Assembly: GCF_004010195.1 (NCBI RefSeq)
Contig: NC_057718.1
Span: 85,371,625 to 85,435,624, forward strand
DNA length: 64,000 nt
Direction of reading: 5' to 3'
From: Chiloscyllium plagiosum
Taxonomy: Eukaryota
The notes below the pieces were generated by a model. It made no database searches. It saw only the letters and a list, made by a program, of their open reading frames with translations, and had not been told where the DNA came from. This document shows, in pieces, positions 60,501 through 64,000 of the stretch. Position numbers and translations under genes: made by a program. Positions within the stretch are counted from its first letter, which is position 1. Every line of letters starts with the position of its first letter.

Positions 60501-61790
60501 GTCTAGCCACCTTTTCATATGAGATGAAAAAGGCTTCTACATCCTTCTCACCAAATTTAGGCAATGCTTGAGTATACTTAAACAGTTTCTCACTAGGCTT
60601 CTGATTACCAGGCTCCTCAGCCTCTTCCTCACTCAGCCTACCTCAGTCTTTATCTCCAGCCGTTTAAGCTGACTTTCCTTTTTAAGTGTCAGTTTTTGAA
60701 ATTCAAACACACTTTTTCTTTCTCTGCTTTCTCTTTTTCCCTCTCTTCTGCTTTTAATTGTAACTCAAACTGTTTCAGTTCTGCTGCCCTTTCCTTATCT
60801 CTCGCCCCTAATTCAAGCTGCTTTATTTGCAATTGAATTCTTGCCATCTCAATAGATTCTGATGATTTCTCCAGCAAGTTTAAATGCTGAGCTACTGCTG
60901 TAATTATCTCATGTTTCCTCACAGAAGCTGACAGTTCCAATTCCAGCTTCTCTGCTAATTCTTGCAACTTGGTCTTATTCACTTTTTGCAAAACTTCCAA
61001 AGTCACCGCATCCACATCCTGAAAACTTTTGGTGACTGAAAGAGCCATTTCCATCCCAAACTTTGTCTACCCAACCAAACCAACACCCAGAATAAAGACA
61101 CTCGCACCTATCATTCGCTGTTTAAAATACCGCAAAGAGCCCTCAATCTGTAATGGACTAAGCCAGACCACTCAAAACATTCTTAAGCAGGCAACCCAGA
61201 CCATAACTTTGCAATTTGTTTCGGTAAGTGTACAGTGAGAATGACCTGGATTAAGTTAGGTAGGTTACTACTAGATTTCAAAACAGACAAATATTTATTT
61301 ACAAAATTACACAATGAAACACAAAGAACAGAATAAAGAACCCCTACAGAACTCAGCCTATCCAACTAGACTTAATTATTCCAAATATTCACAACAGTCT
61401 CAATAAGCAAACTCCCTTTAAAAACCAGTATAAATGGAACACATGCTGACAGGTTGAAGTTGAAGGGCAGAAAGAGAGAGAGAATTTCCACACACTCCCT
61501 GTTGAACTTCCAACCAGTTCAAGACTGAACTAAAACTGCTCAGCTCAGCTGGAGAGCTGACCACTCCCCTTGCTTTATACAGGTCACTTCTAAAACATGA
61601 CCACTTTGGCCTGAAGTCTCATCTGTTCACATAGAAACAAAAGGCCTCTCAACATCCTTTTCATCTCTGTACCAAACCAAACTGATTGGAGTCCAGCCCA
61701 GTTTATTACCCCTCTGAAAATAATCAACGATAAAGTCTCCTTGAGCCAAGGAACAGCTTTTAGGAAAAAAAAGGGACTAGCTTTGTGACA
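57535..61790 (-). mobile_element. Two-LTR Gmr1-type Gypsy retrotransposon, internally deleted and inactive
   Basis: LTRs at 57535-58158 and 61149-61790 (TG...CA). PPT AAGGGGTGAGG at 58159-58169 and a degenerate PBS next to 61148. On the minus strand: gag (MALSVTKSF, PKFGEKDVEAFF), then integrase C-terminus (YQIERKLSEMNYLIRTPD..RVCHVNMLKRY), then RT (RLCVDYRKVN, MPFGMKNAPATFQR, VYIDD), then RNaseH (DASD, TDHNPL, ADALSR). Confidence 0.93.
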
Positions 61791-63489
61791 CGAAGCAGGA
61801 CTGAAATTCCTGAACGTAGTAATAGGCTGTTCAAAACAAGATTATAAAGTTCCAAAGAACAGAAGTAAGAATCGCTGACTGTAGTAAGAACCAGATAGAA
61901 ATGACAGTTGGTATCTTTAAGTGCAGTATAGTTCTTCAACATAGGGGTAAGAACTAATAATTATAAAAAAAGAAGGTAGAATCTCTGACTGCTCAATTAA
62001 CCAAAAATAGGACCAAGTATGCTAACTTCAGCAACAATACAATAGGCAGAAAAGTAAGAATCTCCATCTGCAAAAGCAGAGCAGACACAGCATTAAGATT
62101 TCTGACTGCAGTAATAACACCAAAGAAACAGTGACTAGAATTTTCAACTGCAGTAACAAATCTATAGAAAGACATATCAGAAAGTCTGGCTGCTGGCCTG
62201 AATAGTGATGCTCACATCCCATGAGTGAATAAAAAAACCCTCTAACTGTAACAATAACTTTATAAATATAAGAATTTGAGAGTGCAGTTATTATCCTAGT
62301 GAAATAGGAATAAGAATCTGATTGAGATAATAATCCTAAAGAAACAATATGAACCAAGTATTGCAGTAATAATGTGATAAACAGCAGTATGAATCTGTGT
62401 CTGAAGAAATTATGAACATCTGATGAGAGTCATACTCTATAGAAACAAGGGAACTATCTTGGGCTGCAATATTGATCGTATAACGGTTGGAGTAAAAAAC
62501 CATTGCTGCATTAATAATTTGGTGGAAAATGGTGTATGAAGTTCTGAGTGCATAGAAGCAAGAGTCTGTAGTAATAGCACAATAAATCCAAGAGTGGGAA
62601 AATGGATGAAATGAAACACATTGCAACAATAACCTTATTTGTAATAAGGATATCAAGACATAGGTCTACAATAATAATAGTTTAGAAGCTTGGGTAAATC
62701 ATAAACACATTTTCTAAATCATTTAAACATAAGTAAGTGTGTATTTTGGAATTACTTTGAACATACCAACATCCTAGTTTTGTTTTAAATAATATAAGTA
62801 TAAAGAAATTACCATTAAGTTTATAAAATGTTGTATTAAATAGTATATTTGTACTCTAATGGTTTGCTGAATTACTAAAATAAACCATAATGTAGGAGCC
62901 TTTTTCTGAACCTGTTTTACAGAAAATAGAGGGTGCTAAATTCACCTCCTTATGAAATGCCATGGCAATTCTGAATTGATCCATCCTGTGCTGCCATATA
63001 CACAAACTGCAGAGTTTGAAATTACACAGGAGTGTGATCAGTCTGCTCTTAAAATGGGTGAGTTCTCTCTCAGTTCACTTGAAGAACCTCAGCCCAGTCA
63101 CTACTGTAGTAGATGATTTTAATAGATGCATTTCATATAAGTTAATGAGTAAGGATCAACTAAACTTTTTAAAAACTGCAGAGTTTTTTTTCGCTGCATT
63201 AAATTTCTGTGAATACTCATTGATTCATTGGCTTAGGGCAGTTCCCTACAATTCTAAAATAATGATGGGAAATGCCAGGAATTGGATAAGGTAGTATCTA
63301 TGCTGAGAGAAACACAATCATGCATTAAAAAAGTTAGAGAAGTACGTTATTAAGCTAATACAGGGACATGGACAGCATGGGACGTGCTGAACAAAACAGT
63401 TGGCTAGAAAGCAGAAGTTAAATGACAGGAGGATGATGCATGAGGCTAAGCCACAGAGAGTATAATGGGACTCTTCCAAGTTCAGTGGG

Positions 63490-64000
63490 TATTAGAGAAT
63501 ATTGTCTTTATTTCAAAGAGGATGGAATATAAAATTAGGGACAGTTTGTTAAAACTATCTCAGGCACTAGTCAGACCACACCTGGAATACTGTGAACAGA
63601 TTTGGTTCCATTAGCTAAAGAAAGACAAACCGGCCTTGAAGGCACTCCAGTGAAAGGTCACGAGGCTGATGCCAAGTATGGAGGGACTGTCTTATGAGGA
63701 GAGACTGGGTAAATTGTGCCTGTATTCATTGAAATATAGAAGAATGAAAGGCAAAACATACAAGATTCTTCAAGGACTTGACAGGGTAGATTTGGAAAGG
63801 TTGATTCCCCTTGAGAGAAAGGCTGGGTCATTAATTATATTCGAGGCTGAGATAGACAGATTTTTAGTCAGTAAAGGAATCGAGGGTTGTAGGTAAAAGG
63901 CAGGAAAGTGGAGTTGAGGATTATCAGATCGACCATGATCTCGTTGAATGATGGAGAAGACTTGATGGAATTAATGATCTACCTCTGTTCCCATGACTCA
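63490..64000 (+). mobile_element. CR1 LINE 3' fragment, decayed
   Basis: Reads ALVRPHLEYCEQIW and MEGLSYEERLGKLCLYSL...YKILQGLDRVD. Confidence 0.85.

Larger units (their letters stand above)
54880..62700. repeat. Highly diverged 42-bp tandem array, interrupted by insertions (blocks at about 54900-55135, 55570-55885, 57490-57534, 61791-62700)
   Basis: Consensus approximately AGAATCTCTGACTGCAGTAATAATCCTATAGAAACAGGAGTA. 42-bp spacing at 55069/55111 and 62105/62147. Confidence 0.65.

Overview
Vertebrate genomic DNA, very probably from a cartilaginous fish. This is inferred from HE1-type tRNA SINEs with (TAATC)n tails, Deu-domain SINEs and abundant CR1 and Penelope repeats. There are three N gaps (1198-2045, 7965-8113, 27789-27907). 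One host gene is well supported: a + strand, five-exon Vsx (PRD-class Q50 homeodomain + CVC domain) gene. Its CDS is join(28121..28484, 31501..31582, 33897..34020, 34529..34709, 43492..43766) = 1026 nt / 341 aa, with all introns GT-AG and phase-consistent. It is closest to Vsx1 (C-terminal DxAxDLSS motif, no OAR) but has a mosaic N-terminus and substitutions at normally conserved positions, so a third Vsx paralogue should be tested. The rest is mostly transposon debris: Penelope-like elements (PLEs) and many short PLE-end derivatives with minimal hammerhead-ribozyme cores, three Gypsy LTR elements (one clearly Gmr1-type, integrase before RT), a Tx1/L1 fragment nested in an LTR, CR1 LINEs and SINEs. 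Other items are a tRNA-Val pseudogene with a hairpin insertion, two decayed tandem arrays (35 bp and 42 bp), a uORF-bearing repeat just upstream of the Vsx ATG, and candidate regulatory sites. All family assignments come from reading and recall; no database search was run.
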